A stretch of 64,000 nt of DNA from Pirellulales bacterium (GCA_040397585.1 JBBAVS010000003.1:5169-69168), one strand, 5' to 3'. Positions 1 to 10,800 are shown, counted from the first letter of the stretch. The notes: a model not told the origin generated them from the letters alone. Program-made: numbers and translations.

Positions 1-165
1 CGTTGCCGCAGACGAAGATCCGCCGCCCCTCGACGCCAGCCCGCCGCACGAGGTCCGCCACCGCGGCGATCGCCGCCACGGGCACCGACTCGATCGCACG
101 GTTCTGCGCGGCGACATAGCCGCCGATCCAGGCGGCGAGCGCGGGCTGCCCGGATGGGTGCGTCA
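1..165 (-). CDS. SIS-domain sugar-phosphate isomerase-like protein (GmhA/DiaA-like), N-terminal fragment; the gene runs off the left edge
   Basis: Reverse translation from the ATG at 165-163 gives MTHPSGQPALAAWIGGYVAAQNRAIESVPVAAIAAVADLVRRAGVEGRRIFVCGN. It ends in the RIFVCGN(GGS) loop typical of SIS/phosphoheptose-isomerase N-termini. It is too short to appear in the ORF track. Confidence 0.55.
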
Positions 166-241
166 TGTCCATGGTGGGTCGTCCTCGGGTGGGTCGGAAG
201 GGAACGGGGAGGCCGGAGAGCGATGCCGACGACCGTCCAGT

Positions 242-1255
242 CTATCGGCGCTGGATTTCGAGCGCCGGTCCGGTCGACGTCTCCCGGAGCCGCGCCGCCG
301 CCAGCGCCGCCCCCACGGGCACGACGAGCCGGCCGAGCGCCGAGAGTCGCACGTCGGGCCCGGGGCGGAAGGGCTCCATGAGGAAGCCGGGCAGGTGGCG
401 GGCCACGGCCTCGCGCCACGGTTCGCCGATCCCGGCCACCCCGCCGCCGAGCACGATCACCTCCGGGTTGAGGAGATGCGCCGCGTGCGAGAGGGCGAAC
501 GCGTAGTGGCGGGCCACCCTATCGAGGATCGCGCCGGCTGCCGCATCACCCGCCGCGATCGCTGCCGCAAGGTGGCGGGCCGAGGGCGTCGCGCCGGCCG
601 CCGCGGCGATCCGCGCGAGCGGCCCGTCGGGGTGCGCTGCGGCGTAGTCACGGACCTGCCGATCGATCGACCAGCCGGACGCCACGTCCTCGGTGATCGT
701 GCCGTTGGGATCCATCCGCAGGTGGCCGATTTCGACCTCGCCGGGGGCGCGGCCGTGATAGATCCTGCCGCCGATGACGAACCCGCCGCCGATGCCGCTG
801 CCGACGTTGGAATAGAGGACGAGATTCGCGCCGCGGCCGGCGCCGAGGATCGCCTCGGCGAGGGCGGCGGCGTTGGAATCATTTTCCAGCGCGACGGGCA
901 GCCCGCCCACCTGGCTGGACACCCAGGCCGCAAGCGGAAACCCGCCCCAGCCGGAGACATGGAAGCTCGTGGCGACGACGCCGGCCACGCGGTCCACCGG
1001 CCCGCCGAAGCCGATGCCGACGGCGGCGATCGCCGGTGTCGCCATGGCGGTGGCGAACGCGGAAACCGGCGCGCCCGCGGCAGCCGCGGTCCGGCCGCAG
1101 AGGTCGGCGATCTGGAGTTCGAGGGCGTCGCGTACGCCGGCCGCGCCTCTGGCGGGCTCGACCTGGTCGGTCCGTTCGCGGATGATGCCGCCGGCGTCAT
1201 CGACGACCACCGATTGCAGCTTCGTGCCGCCGATCTCGATGCCGAGGAATGCCAT
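242..1255 (-). CDS. ROK-family sugar kinase (glucokinase-like)
   Basis: The N-terminus MAFLGIEIGGTK is the ROK/ASKHA phosphate-1 motif. GIGFGGPVD, ALENDSNAAALAE and VIVLGGGVAG are also typical of ROK kinases. An alternative GTG start at 1294 would overlap the upstream stop codon by 4 nt. Confidence 0.85.
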   Translation of the reverse strand: MAFLGIEIGGTKLQSVVVDDAGGIIRERTDQVEPARGAAGVRDALELQIADLCGRTAAAAGAPVSAFATAMATPAIAAVGIGFGGPVDRVAGVVATSFHVSGWGGFPLAAWVSSQVGGLPVALENDSNAAALAEAILGAGRGANLVLYSNVGSGIGGGFVIGGRIYHGRAPGEVEIGHLRMDPNGTITEDVASGWSIDRQVRDYAAAHPDGPLARIAAAAGATPSARHLAAAIAAGDAAAGAILDRVARHYAFALSHAAHLLNPEVIVLGGGVAGIGEPWREAVARHLPGFLMEPFRPGPDVRLSALGRLVVPVGAALAAARLRETSTGPALEIQRR

Positions 1256-1290
1256 GGCCGCGGGCCCTCTCGCTGGACGTTCACGTCGGC

Positions 1291-4113
1291 TCACGGGGCC
1301 GCTGGTTCGGGCGGCAACACGTTGATCACCACCGGGACCGACGCCTGGCCGCCGTCCGCCGTGGCGTGGAGATGAAACAGCCGACGGCAGGGCTTCGCGA
1401 TCGACGCCGCCGTGATGACAAAATCCCGCTCGTCCTGCTCCTCGACGATCAGGAGGCCGTTCAGCCCGACGTTGTCCACGAACACGCCGTGGGGCAGGTT
1501 GCGGCCGCAGTCGGCCCCCCCCAGTTCGATCTGTCCGGCGAAATCATGCCGCTGCGCCTTGACCCGCGCGGTGATCGTCTCGCCCGGCCGGATCGAAAAC
1601 TCGAGCGGCTCGCCCTCCCGCTGCCTCGCCGACGCGGCGCTGGCCCCCGGCAGGATCGCCACCGTCACCTTCGGCTTCTCGGCGATCTGAATGTCGCCGA
1701 GCGTGCCGAGTTCCTGCACCACCTCCCGCCCGGCAATCGTGGCCGTGGCCTTCACCACCACGGCCTTGTCGGCCTGCTCATCGGGCGCGGCGGCATCGGC
1801 CGCAGCCGTGAGCACGCCGATCGCCTGCCGCTGCCCAGCCTCGATCTCGATGGGCCCGTGAAAGGCGAAGCCCGCAGGCAGGTTTTCCATGGCGATGCGG
1901 ATCGAACCTTCGAAGCCCTCCGTGCGCGTGGCGGTAAACGTCAGCTCGCGACCGCTGCCCGGGCTCACCTTCGGATCCTTGCCGCCCACCGCGACGGTGA
2001 ACGCCGGCTGCGGCGGCCGGATCGTGAGCGCGTAGCGGTAATCGTCGGGCTTCGACTCCGACCCGGCTCCGCGGACGTCCGTGAGCCGAACCACGTAGTC
2101 GCCGTCGGCCGGCGGGGTGAAGAGCAGCTGCGAATCCGCACCGAACCGCTGCTCCGGTTCGTCGTCGTTCTCGGAGAAGATTCTGAACACCGGCAGCCCG
2201 TTGGGCACCGGCGTGCTCCCGCGTGGCAACGGCTCCACGATCCATGCCGGCTCGCCGAGTGCATGGGTCACCGCCGACGTGCCGAAGAACGTCCGCCGAT
2301 TGCCACTGCCGGGATAGACCGTGAAACCGGAGTCGGGCCCCTGCGGATACCGCCACAGCCGCACCACCTCGCCGTTGGCGTAGAGATACTCGTCGAGTTC
2401 CATCTCCATCCAGTTCTGGAGCCGGAAGTCACCCGACTGTGTGGAATCCTTGCCGAGAAACGTGAACCACGAGTCGCGCGTGGCCTGCAGGACGACCTGC
2501 TCCACGGGGTGGCCGGCGGCATCGAGCACCTCGATCCGCGAATCGAGGAGCGATTTGGACCGGGCGGCATTCACCTCCAGCAAGAGCGGCTGGCGGCGCT
2601 CGGCCGCGAACCGGAAGCAGTCGGCGTCGCCGGGCCGGCCGACCACTCCCTTGATCTCCACCGGAATCGAGATCGACTCGGCCTGCTGGGGAAGATCGTT
2701 GGGCTCCCGCTCCGTCGCCTCGATGGGGCTGCCAGCCAGGGCCGGCGCAGTCACGTCAGCCGTGTCGGCCGCGGCCGCGTCTGGCGTCGGGGTCGGGGTC
2801 GGCGTCGGGGTTGCTGACACGGCACCCGCGGCCGGATCGACCAGCACCGCGACGGTCTCGAGCGACCCGTCCAGCCGGCCCACCATGAACCCAGCGTCGG
2901 CCCGAGCGACCACCGCCGAGACGAGATCGGGCTGGCGGGCATGGTCGTGCTCCAGCACGAGGTCGGGCACGCTCCAGATCTTGAGCGACCGATCTTCGGC
3001 CGACGTGAGCAGGTGTTTTCCGTCGGCCGAAAGACCGATGGCGACGACCGGACTCTCGTGGGCGAACCGCGAGTGCAGCGCCGGGTTGCTCGCCGGGGCG
3101 TGAAGTGAAACGACCGACCAGAGATGAATCCGCTTGTCGCGGCCCGCCGCGATCACGTGCCGGCCGTCGGGGGTGAACGCCACGGCAGACACCTCCGCCA
3201 GCGGCTCCTTGAGCGTGTCGAGACGGACGCCGTCGGTCGCCCGCCAGAGCTTCACCGTCTCGTCAGCACTCGCGGAAGCGAGCAGCTGCCCGGTCGGATG
3301 CCAGGCGAGGTCGAAGATCGCCCCGTTGTGGACGTCGATCGAGCGGAGCAGCGTGCCGTCGGCGACGTTCCAGAGCTTGATCGACCGGTCATAGCCGGCC
3401 GTGGCCAGTGTCAGCTCGTCGGGCGAGAGTTCGGCGTCGTAGAGCAGGTCACGGTGGCCGCCGAACGACCGGACGAGTCTGCCGCTCGTCGCGTCGCGAA
3501 CTTCAGCGACGCCCGTCAGGCCCGCGATCCCGCCCGCGACCACGAGCCGCTGCCCGTCGCGGCTGAAATGCACCGCCGTCGCCGTGCCGGGAAGATCCTC
3601 GATCGTGCGGAGCCGGGTGCCGGCGGCATCGAAGACATCCACCGTGCGGCCACGGGCCACCGCCAGCCGTGAACCGTCGGCAGCCTCCGCGGCGGCCGTC
3701 ACCGGCTTGGCGCCGGCGTGGGGCGGGACGGCCGGAACCACGAGCGCTCTCAGGATCGACGCATCGACGGCGGGTCCGGTCGCGCCGCCCGCGATCCAGG
3801 CCTCGAGCACGGCCCGGTCGGCCGGCGGCACCTGCGGCTCGTCATCCGGAGGCATGTGGTCGCCGGCGGTGCTCGTGATCCGCTTGATCATCACGGAGGC
3901 GGCTGCATCACCGGGCACGATCGGATCCCCCGCCTCGGCACCGCCCCGGCGCAGCGCCGCGAACGTCTCGACCGACAATCCGCCCTCGCCGTCGCGGTCG
4001 TTGTGGCAACCGGAGCAGTAGACCCGCAGGATCGGCGCGACATCGCGGTCGAACGAAGGCGCCCCCGAGCACGGCAGCGCGGCCAACACGCACAGGAGGA
4101 CGGCGCATTTCAT
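1291..4113 (-). CDS. Secreted multidomain protein: planctomycete cytochrome-c-like (CxxCH) module + WD40 repeats + PPC (pre-peptidase C-terminal) domain + beta-rich C-terminus
   Basis: Signal peptide MKCAVLLCVLAALPCSGAP. PSCyt1-like FDRDVAPILRVYCSGCHNDRDGEGGLSVETF. WD40 repeats such as GYDRSIKLWNV, SADETVKLWR and GRDKRIHLWS. A TPTPTPTPTP linker. PPC-like EREPNDLPQQAESISIPVEIKGVVGRPGDADCFRF. The ATG at 4113 was chosen because it precedes the signal peptide. Confidence 0.85.
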   Translation of the reverse strand: MKCAVLLCVLAALPCSGAPSFDRDVAPILRVYCSGCHNDRDGEGGLSVETFAALRRGGAEAGDPIVPGDAAASVMIKRITSTAGDHMPPDDEPQVPPADRAVLEAWIAGGATGPAVDASILRALVVPAVPPHAGAKPVTAAAEAADGSRLAVARGRTVDVFDAAGTRLRTIEDLPGTATAVHFSRDGQRLVVAGGIAGLTGVAEVRDATSGRLVRSFGGHRDLLYDAELSPDELTLATAGYDRSIKLWNVADGTLLRSIDVHNGAIFDLAWHPTGQLLASASADETVKLWRATDGVRLDTLKEPLAEVSAVAFTPDGRHVIAAGRDKRIHLWSVVSLHAPASNPALHSRFAHESPVVAIGLSADGKHLLTSAEDRSLKIWSVPDLVLEHDHARQPDLVSAVVARADAGFMVGRLDGSLETVAVLVDPAAGAVSATPTPTPTPTPDAAAADTADVTAPALAGSPIEATEREPNDLPQQAESISIPVEIKGVVGRPGDADCFRFAAERRQPLLLEVNAARSKSLLDSRIEVLDAAGHPVEQVVLQATRDSWFTFLGKDSTQSGDFRLQNWMEMELDEYLYANGEVVRLWRYPQGPDSGFTVYPGSGNRRTFFGTSAVTHALGEPAWIVEPLPRGSTPVPNGLPVFRIFSENDDEPEQRFGADSQLLFTPPADGDYVVRLTDVRGAGSESKPDDYRYALTIRPPQPAFTVAVGGKDPKVSPGSGRELTFTATRTEGFEGSIRIAMENLPAGFAFHGPIEIEAGQRQAIGVLTAAADAAAPDEQADKAVVVKATATIAGREVVQELGTLGDIQIAEKPKVTVAILPGASAASARQREGEPLEFSIRPGETITARVKAQRHDFAGQIELGGADCGRNLPHGVFVDNVGLNGLLIVEEQDERDFVITAASIAKPCRRLFHLHATADGGQASVPVVINVLPPEPAAP

Positions 4114-4117
4114 GACG

Positions 4118-6385
4118 TCAATGCCGGAAGAGGAACTCACGGCTCGTGAGCAGCGACCACACCATGTCTTCGACGACCTCCCGCTGCTCCTCGGGCTTGG
4201 CGGCGACGAGCATCTCCTCGAAAGGCTTCTTCTCGGCATCGGTCGGCATGCGGCTCAAGCACCACAGCCAGGCGTCCTCGATGACGGCTTGCGGCGTGGG
4301 GTCGGTGGCCAGGATCTGTGTCACGCGGCCGGCCTTCGCCGCCAGCTTGTCGTTGATCGTGGGGCCGTTCGAGAGATGGAGCACCTGCACGAGACTGGGC
4401 TGATTCGACCGCTCGCACTCACAGGTGATCTCACGGGCGTTGCGGCCGAACACCTTGAGGAAGTAGTTCTTCACCGCGGAGTCGTGCAACTGGATCGCCC
4501 GCGTGGCCGCGCCGGAGCCGGCCAGTTTTTCGGTCGAGCCGTCGCTCATGGCGAGCTCCGTGTACTCGTCGCGAACGCCGGTCACGTCGGAGATGGCGTC
4601 GCTGAGCACCTCGGCCATCAGCCGCCGGGGATAGGCCCGCGCGAACCACTTTCGGTCGTCTCGATTCCCGGGCAGCGGGTCGCTCGCCCGGCCGTAGGTC
4701 TCCGAGAGGAGAATCAGCCGCATCAGGGCCTTGAGGTCGTAACCGTGCTCGGCGGTGTATTCGCAGAGGGCGGCGAGCAGCTTTTCATTGCTGGCGGGAT
4801 TGGTGGCCCGCAGGTCATCCACCGGCTCCACCAGCCCCAGGCTGAAGAAGTTGGCCCACACGCGGTTGACGATCGACCTGGTGAAGTAGGGATTCTCCGG
4901 CGACGTCAGCCAGCGGGCGAGCGGCTCCCGACGGTCACCCGGATCGTCGCTGGGGAGCGGTGTGCCGTCGAGCGGAGCGGGTGGCTGCGGCCTGCCGGTG
5001 CGCGGCTGCAGGAGATCGCCCCGGGTCTCCACGAACACCGTTCGCTGGCCGTTGCCGCTGCGGGCATCGCCCCCCCAGCCCTTCGCACGGACCCGCGCGA
5101 ACAGGTTGGCAAACGCGTAATACTGGTCGTTGGTCCACTTCTCGAGCGGATGGTTGTGGCATTTCGCGCAGCCGATCGAGAGCGACATGAACGCCTGGCT
5201 CACGTTCTCCGCCATGGCCTCCGGATCCTGATGCACGGCGAAGAAGTTGGTGGCACCGTTCTCCAGGCTCGCCCCCTGGGACGTCACCACCTCCCGCACG
5301 AGTCGGTCCCACGGGGCGTTCTCCGCAACGCGGTCGCGGATCCACATGGAGTAGGCGTTCACCGCTTCGGGCCGTAGCTTCAATCCGTTGACGAGCAGGA
5401 TGTCAGACCACTTGTAGGTCCAGTAGTCGATGAACTCCGGCCGTGCCAGCAGCAGATCGACCAGACGTCTCCGTTTGCCGGGCGAGGCGTCGGCCAGGTG
5501 GCCGCGGACCTCCTCGGGCGTCGGCAGGCGACCGATCGTGTCGAGGAAGGCACGGCGGATGAACGTGGCGTCGCTGCACGGGGGCGAGGGCTCGAGGTGC
5601 AGTTTCTGAAGCTGCTCGAGCACGAGGTCGTCGATGAGGTTCGCCCGAGCCGCACCGGCGAACACGTCGGGCGAAAGCACGTGCGGAAAGGGCACGAGCA
5701 CGCGAGCCAAGGCGATCTGCGAGGAGAACCAGGCGGTCACGGCTCCCTCGCCGTGCCCGACGACGGTCACCAGCCCGCCCGGATCGATCGTGGCGACCGT
5801 CTCGTCGGTCGACGTGAAGCGGGCCCAGCGGGTGACGTCGCGGGTGCTGCCATCGCTGTAGGTCGCGGTGACGCGGAACTGCTGCGTCCGGCCCGGCGTC
5901 AGTTCGACCTCCCCCGGCGTGAGCGTCACCGACGCGAGCTTCTTCTCCTGGGCGTCGGGGCCACGGCAGCCCGACGACATCCAGGCTGCCAGGAGCTGGT
6001 AGTCGGGCCCCTCGACCTCGAGTCGCCGGCCTCCCTTGTGGGGCACCGCCATCGTGGGCTTCGTCAGCAGCAGACTCGTGCCCGGGTCGGCGAGATCGAC
6101 CCGCCGACCACGGGCGTCGCGGGTGATGGCGAGATGGTCGGCAGCGGGGTCGTAGCCAAACAGCGACAGCCGGAAGCCCCCCTTGCCCGCCAGCGCTCCA
6201 TGGCAGCCGCCGCTGTTGCAGCCCGCCTTGGAGAGGATCGGCATCACGTCGAGTTCGAAGCTGACCGGGCCAGGAGCGGCGGGATCGGCGGCCGACGCGG
6301 CACACGCCAGGGCGAGCCGGAACATGAACAGACCGAGCATGCAGGCAACGGCACTGGCGCGGCGGCACGGCATGAAAAGCCTCAT
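4118..6385 (-). CDS. DUF1549 (PSCyt2) / Big_2 / DUF1553 (PSD1) domain protein
   Basis: Signal peptide MRLFMPCRRASAVACMLGLFMFRLALACAASA. N-terminal DVMPILSKAGCNSGGCHGALAGKGGFRLSLFGYD. Ig-like Big_2 segment TPGRTQQFRVTATYSDGSTRDVT. CAKCHNHPLEKWTNDQYYAFANLF. C-terminal SREFLFRH, typical of DUF1553 ends. Its start overlaps the DUF1501 stop as ATGA. Confidence 0.9.
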   Translation of the reverse strand: MRLFMPCRRASAVACMLGLFMFRLALACAASAADPAAPGPVSFELDVMPILSKAGCNSGGCHGALAGKGGFRLSLFGYDPAADHLAITRDARGRRVDLADPGTSLLLTKPTMAVPHKGGRRLEVEGPDYQLLAAWMSSGCRGPDAQEKKLASVTLTPGEVELTPGRTQQFRVTATYSDGSTRDVTRWARFTSTDETVATIDPGGLVTVVGHGEGAVTAWFSSQIALARVLVPFPHVLSPDVFAGAARANLIDDLVLEQLQKLHLEPSPPCSDATFIRRAFLDTIGRLPTPEEVRGHLADASPGKRRRLVDLLLARPEFIDYWTYKWSDILLVNGLKLRPEAVNAYSMWIRDRVAENAPWDRLVREVVTSQGASLENGATNFFAVHQDPEAMAENVSQAFMSLSIGCAKCHNHPLEKWTNDQYYAFANLFARVRAKGWGGDARSGNGQRTVFVETRGDLLQPRTGRPQPPAPLDGTPLPSDDPGDRREPLARWLTSPENPYFTRSIVNRVWANFFSLGLVEPVDDLRATNPASNEKLLAALCEYTAEHGYDLKALMRLILLSETYGRASDPLPGNRDDRKWFARAYPRRLMAEVLSDAISDVTGVRDEYTELAMSDGSTEKLAGSGAATRAIQLHDSAVKNYFLKVFGRNAREITCECERSNQPSLVQVLHLSNGPTINDKLAAKAGRVTQILATDPTPQAVIEDAWLWCLSRMPTDAEKKPFEEMLVAAKPEEQREVVEDMVWSLLTSREFLFRH

Positions 6386-7773
6386 GCGAAGAGCTCGTGG
6401 ATCGGCTCGGTGCCGAAGTCGGTGAGGGCGAACGGGCGGCCCGCAGGCCCCGACAGGTGGCTGGTGTGGTCGAGACCGAGGCTGTGGAAGATCGTGGCCA
6501 CGATGTCGCCGGGGCTGACCGGACGTTCGGCCGGGAACCCGCCAATCGTATCGCTCGCGCCCACCACCCGGCCCCCCGCCACGCCGCCACCGGCGAACGA
6601 GCAGGTGAAGCACTGCGGCCAGTGGTCGCGGCCACCGGCGGGATTCACCTTCGGGGTACGGCCGAATTCGGCGAGCCCCGCCACGAGCGTGTCTTCGAGC
6701 ATGCCGCGCTGGGCGAGATCCTCGATCAGCGCGGAGTAGGCCTGATCGTACATCGGGCAGACGATCTCCTTCATGCCCTCGATCGACGTGAAGGGCTTGG
6801 AGCCGTGGATGTCCCAGGTGATCTCATCGAACACCGTGAGGAACGTGTTGATCGTCACGAACCGCACGCCATTCTCAACCAGCCGCCGCGCCAACAGGCA
6901 GCACTGGCCGAACCGGTTCATGCCGTAGCGGTCGCGGACCGCCTGGGTCTCCTTCGACAGGTCGAAGGCCTCCCGGGCCTGCGGGCTCGTCATCAGCCGA
7001 TAGGCGGCGTGAAAATTCTCATCGAGCAGGCGGGCATCCTCGCTGGCCTCGAACTGCTTGGCGGCCCCTTCGACGATCTCGCGCATCTTCATCCGGCGGT
7101 CGAGCCGGGCCACGCCGATCTGGTCGGGCGGCAGCAGGTCGGGCACGCGGAAGTTGGGCTGCGACGGATCGGCCATGAGGGCGAAGGGATCCAGTGCCTT
7201 GCCCAAGAAGCCTCCTGCCTGGCCGTTGGGAAGGTTGCCGCCGCCGCGGCCCATGAGCTGCGGGAGCACGACGAACGGCGGCAGGTCGGTCCGCCGGCCG
7301 AGGAGATACGACGCCGCGCTGCCCGCGTGAGGCGTGTGGATACCGCCGGTGAACCGCCGGCCGGTCTGCATCATCTGCCAGCCGGCGTCGTGCACGGCGG
7401 CGCCGTCATGGCGGCACGACCGGACGAGCGAAAACCGGTCAGCAATGGCGGCGTGCTTCGGCAACAGCTCCGAGATCTCGAACGCGTCGCTCTTCGTGCG
7501 GATCGGCTTGAACGGCCCGCGGATTTCCGCCGGCGCGTCGGGCTTCATGTCCCAGAGGTCGAGCTGGCTCGGCCCCCCAAGGTTGAAGATCATGATGCAC
7601 GACCGCTGCTCGTGACCGGGCCGGACCTTCCCCTCACTTGCCGCCCGCACGTACTGCGGAAGCGACAGCCCCACCGCAGCAAGCGCTCCCACCTGAAGGA
7701 AATCGCGGCGGCTGGGGCCTGATCCGCAGAGCAGAGCCTTCTGGCCCGGCTGCCGTGACTGAAACTCAAACAT
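6382..7773 (-). CDS. DUF1501 domain protein (sulfatase/alkaline-phosphatase-like fold, Tat signal)
   Basis: Twin-arginine N-terminus MFEFQSRQPGQKALLCGSGPSRRDFLQVGALAAVGLSL. Conserved DUF1501 blocks IMIFNLGGPSQLDLWDMKPDAP, AEFGRTPKVNPAGGRDHW and DIVATIFHSLG. Confidence 0.9.
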   Translation of the reverse strand: MFEFQSRQPGQKALLCGSGPSRRDFLQVGALAAVGLSLPQYVRAASEGKVRPGHEQRSCIMIFNLGGPSQLDLWDMKPDAPAEIRGPFKPIRTKSDAFEISELLPKHAAIADRFSLVRSCRHDGAAVHDAGWQMMQTGRRFTGGIHTPHAGSAASYLLGRRTDLPPFVVLPQLMGRGGGNLPNGQAGGFLGKALDPFALMADPSQPNFRVPDLLPPDQIGVARLDRRMKMREIVEGAAKQFEASEDARLLDENFHAAYRLMTSPQAREAFDLSKETQAVRDRYGMNRFGQCCLLARRLVENGVRFVTINTFLTVFDEITWDIHGSKPFTSIEGMKEIVCPMYDQAYSALIEDLAQRGMLEDTLVAGLAEFGRTPKVNPAGGRDHWPQCFTCSFAGGGVAGGRVVGASDTIGGFPAERPVSPGDIVATIFHSLGLDHTSHLSGPAGRPFALTDFGTEPIHELFA

Positions 7774-7882
7774 CGGCTCCCCCTGATCGCTGAAGCAGAT
7801 CGCTGAAGCACGCCTGCGTGTACCGGAAGCATAGTCCGCACGGCACTGGCGTGTCATTCGCCGGCGCGGGCGATATGCCGGC

Positions 7883-10800
7883 TCAGGGCGCGGCGGGCCA
7901 GCGGTAGGTGGCGACGCTCTGCGGCGGCAGCGTGGTCGCGAACATCCGTCCGCCGCACGACACCGCGACCGGCACCGCGCTCCGGCCGGCGTTGGCGGCG
8001 ACGAGGACGAACTGCCCATCGGGGTCGAGGAAGACGACGTTCCGTGGCGCCCCCGGCGGCTGCGACGAGTCCACCCGGACGGCGCCGCGGCGGATGAACT
8101 TCATGAACTGCCCGTACATGTAGTAGTCGAAGTTGGTCCGCACCGTGCCGTCATCGAGGAGTTCGATGCAGGTGGCACTGGCGGAGTGTGGGCCGCGATT
8201 GGGCCGCCGGTGTTCGTCGAGCATCAGGACCCACGCGTTGTACGACCGTGACGAATGCCGAAGGATGTCGATCAGTTCGGTGGCGCCCCGCATGCCGAAG
8301 ACCGAGCCCTCGGTGAAGTAGAGGTGCTTGTCGGGAAACTCTCGCTGCAGCGCCGACTGGGCCTCGATCCGGCCCTCGTAGTGGTGGAAGGCGGTGCCGT
8401 CGACGAACCGCGCGGCGGCCGGGTCGGCGAGGATCGTCCGCGGAAACTCCGGCAGGTTCCAGTTGTGGTCCCAGCACCAGATGAGCGTCTTCAGTCCCTC
8501 GCGCTCGAAGAGCGGGCCGAGGTGATCGCGGATGAAGTCCCGCTGCTCCACGGCCGTCCAGAGCGTCGTCGGGTAGCCGGCGTGCGCCATGCGGGGCTCG
8601 TTCTGGACCGTGATCGCGTGGATCGGCAGCCCCTCCGCCTCGTAGGCCCGCACGAACGCGAGCAGGTAGCGGGCGTAGGCGGGATACCACTCCCGCGCGA
8701 CGCTGCCAGTGCCGAGTTTGCCAGACGTCTTCATCCACGCCGGCGGGCTCCATGGCGAGGCGAACAGAAGCAGGTCGGGATTCGCCTGCCGCGCCAGCTT
8801 GATCATGGGCAGGACATGGACGCGGTCCTTGTCGATCGAGAACCTCGCGAGTTCGGGGTCGGTCTGCCCCTCGGGCACGTCGTCGTAGGTGTAGTAGGGC
8901 ACGCCGGTGAAGTCCGAGGTGCCGATGCAGACCCGCATGAGGTTCATGCCGATTCCGCGATCCGGGGCGAAGAGGCTGGCGATCACGTCGCGCCGGCGGT
9001 CCTCGGAGAGCTTCGCGAGGTTTTCGCAGGTCGCGTGGTCGAAGGAGCCGCCGAGGCCGAGCACCGACTGGCCGCGGGTCGCGGGGTCGACCTGGATCAC
9101 GGCGGCGTTGGTCGCCTCGACGGGGCCGAGCGCGAGGTCGGCGCCCGACGTCAGCCGCTGCGAGCCGTCGGCACTGCTCGTCACGACGCTCACGCGGGCC
9201 GCGGCAGCTCGGACCGCACCCTCAGCAGGCCGGCTCACGCGGGGCCCGAGCAGCGCGGCCAACGCCGCAAAGTCGGCGTCGTCGCCGGCGGGATCGAAGC
9301 CGGTGGCCCGCTCCGCCGCGACGAGCCTGAGGCGCTCGTCGTCGAGCCGGCGGCGCAGCGTCGCGTCGGCCGTCGCCACGTGCACCGCGACGCGGCTGGC
9401 GCGGCCTTCGACGACGACGGCCGCCCCGTCCTTCCGCCACCGCGCGTCGTACACCCCGTCGGCGTCGATGCGGAACACGTCGGCCACGTCACCGAGGTAG
9501 CCCGGCAGGGCAAACCGCCATGTCGCGGCCCGCTCTTGCCCGAACACGAATGTCTTGGTGTCGGGGTCGGGGTGGTAGTCGAGGTCGAGGGAGAAGAGGA
9601 CCGCCCCGTTTGGACCGCAGACCGTGGCGATGTCCCAGTCGGGCGAGCCGTCGGCCGCGCGGAGCCGTTCGTGGCGGCCTGCCGCCCCTGCGAGCAGGAG
9701 GGGAGCGAGCACGAGCGCCTCGCGGTCGACGCGGGTGATGGGATCGATCAGGTCGCGAAACTTCACCACCGACTTGATGCCCAGATTGAACCAATAGAGC
9801 GACGTGATCCGCGCGGAGAGTGCGTGCCACGCCTGGAGTCGCAGTTCGTCGGGGGTCGGGCTCGACCGCGTCCGGCCTCCGGTGGGTCCCCAGCCGTGGT
9901 GCGGCCCCTGAGCCCAGGCGGCGATCGGCCCCGGGCGGTTGAGTTCGCGGAGGCTGCGGGTCAGGTCGCCGATCGTCTCCAACGGCGCGGCCCAGCGGAT
10001 CTTCGCGCCTCCCCAGCGGTCGTAGCGCTGCCATGCATCGGCCGCTGGTGCGCAGACCCGGTAGGCATCGAAGTGCGGATGGTCGGAGAGCCCGGCATAA
10101 TGCCGCCAGATCCGTTCTTCACTGTGCGTCACCGATGTGGGCAGCCGCGTCGCCTGATACGGCGCCAGCTTCCGCCACACCTCCTGCGGCGGCACCGGCC
10201 GGCCGCCTCCATACTGCGGCTCGCCGAGAAACTCGACGGCGTGCACCCGCGGCAGCACGGTGTCGGTGTCGTAGTGGTCGAACGGCCGGCACGCCGACAT
10301 CGATTCGAGCGGACAGGCGGCCCAGCGCTCGGGGTCGTCCGAGTAGCCGGACACGAGGCCATGCATCCCGCAGCCAACGTGCATGCGCCTCAGCGTCTTC
10401 AGGTAGTCGGCCGCATGCAGCGACCGGCCGGAAGGGAGCTCGCCGTCCAGCCACCCGCCGCCGATCACGAACCGCTCGCACTTCACTCGGACGTGGCCCC
10501 ACAGCGTCCGCTCCGCGCCGTCGTCGCTGCGGAGCCGGAGCTCCACGGCCGCGAACGAGAGGGGCAGATCCCGCACCTCCGCGACGAGCCCCCCCTGGTC
10601 GCCGATCGCAATCCTGCCGTCGGCGGGGAACATCGCCGGACGTTCAAGCCACGGTCCGGCCGTCAGCGCACGGTGCGATCCCCCGGGCCGTGGTGTCCAC
10701 AGGCGGCAGGCTGATATCGTCCACGCAACTTCGGAGGCGTTCGTCACGTGGAGCACGAGCGTGTCGGGGTGCACCGACTCGACGCTGTGATCGGCGACGG

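Noticed and set aside
2775-2815. Short GC-rich DNA periodicity (ggggtcggggtcggcgtcgggg)
   Set aside because: It encodes the TPTPTPTPTP interdomain linker of gene 1291..4113. It is a protein linker, not an independent DNA repeat element or CRISPR-like array.
8255-10714. 819-aa plus-strand ORF
   Set aside because: It is antisense to the GH30 fusion gene and has no motifs. It is a GC-rich mirror-frame artefact.
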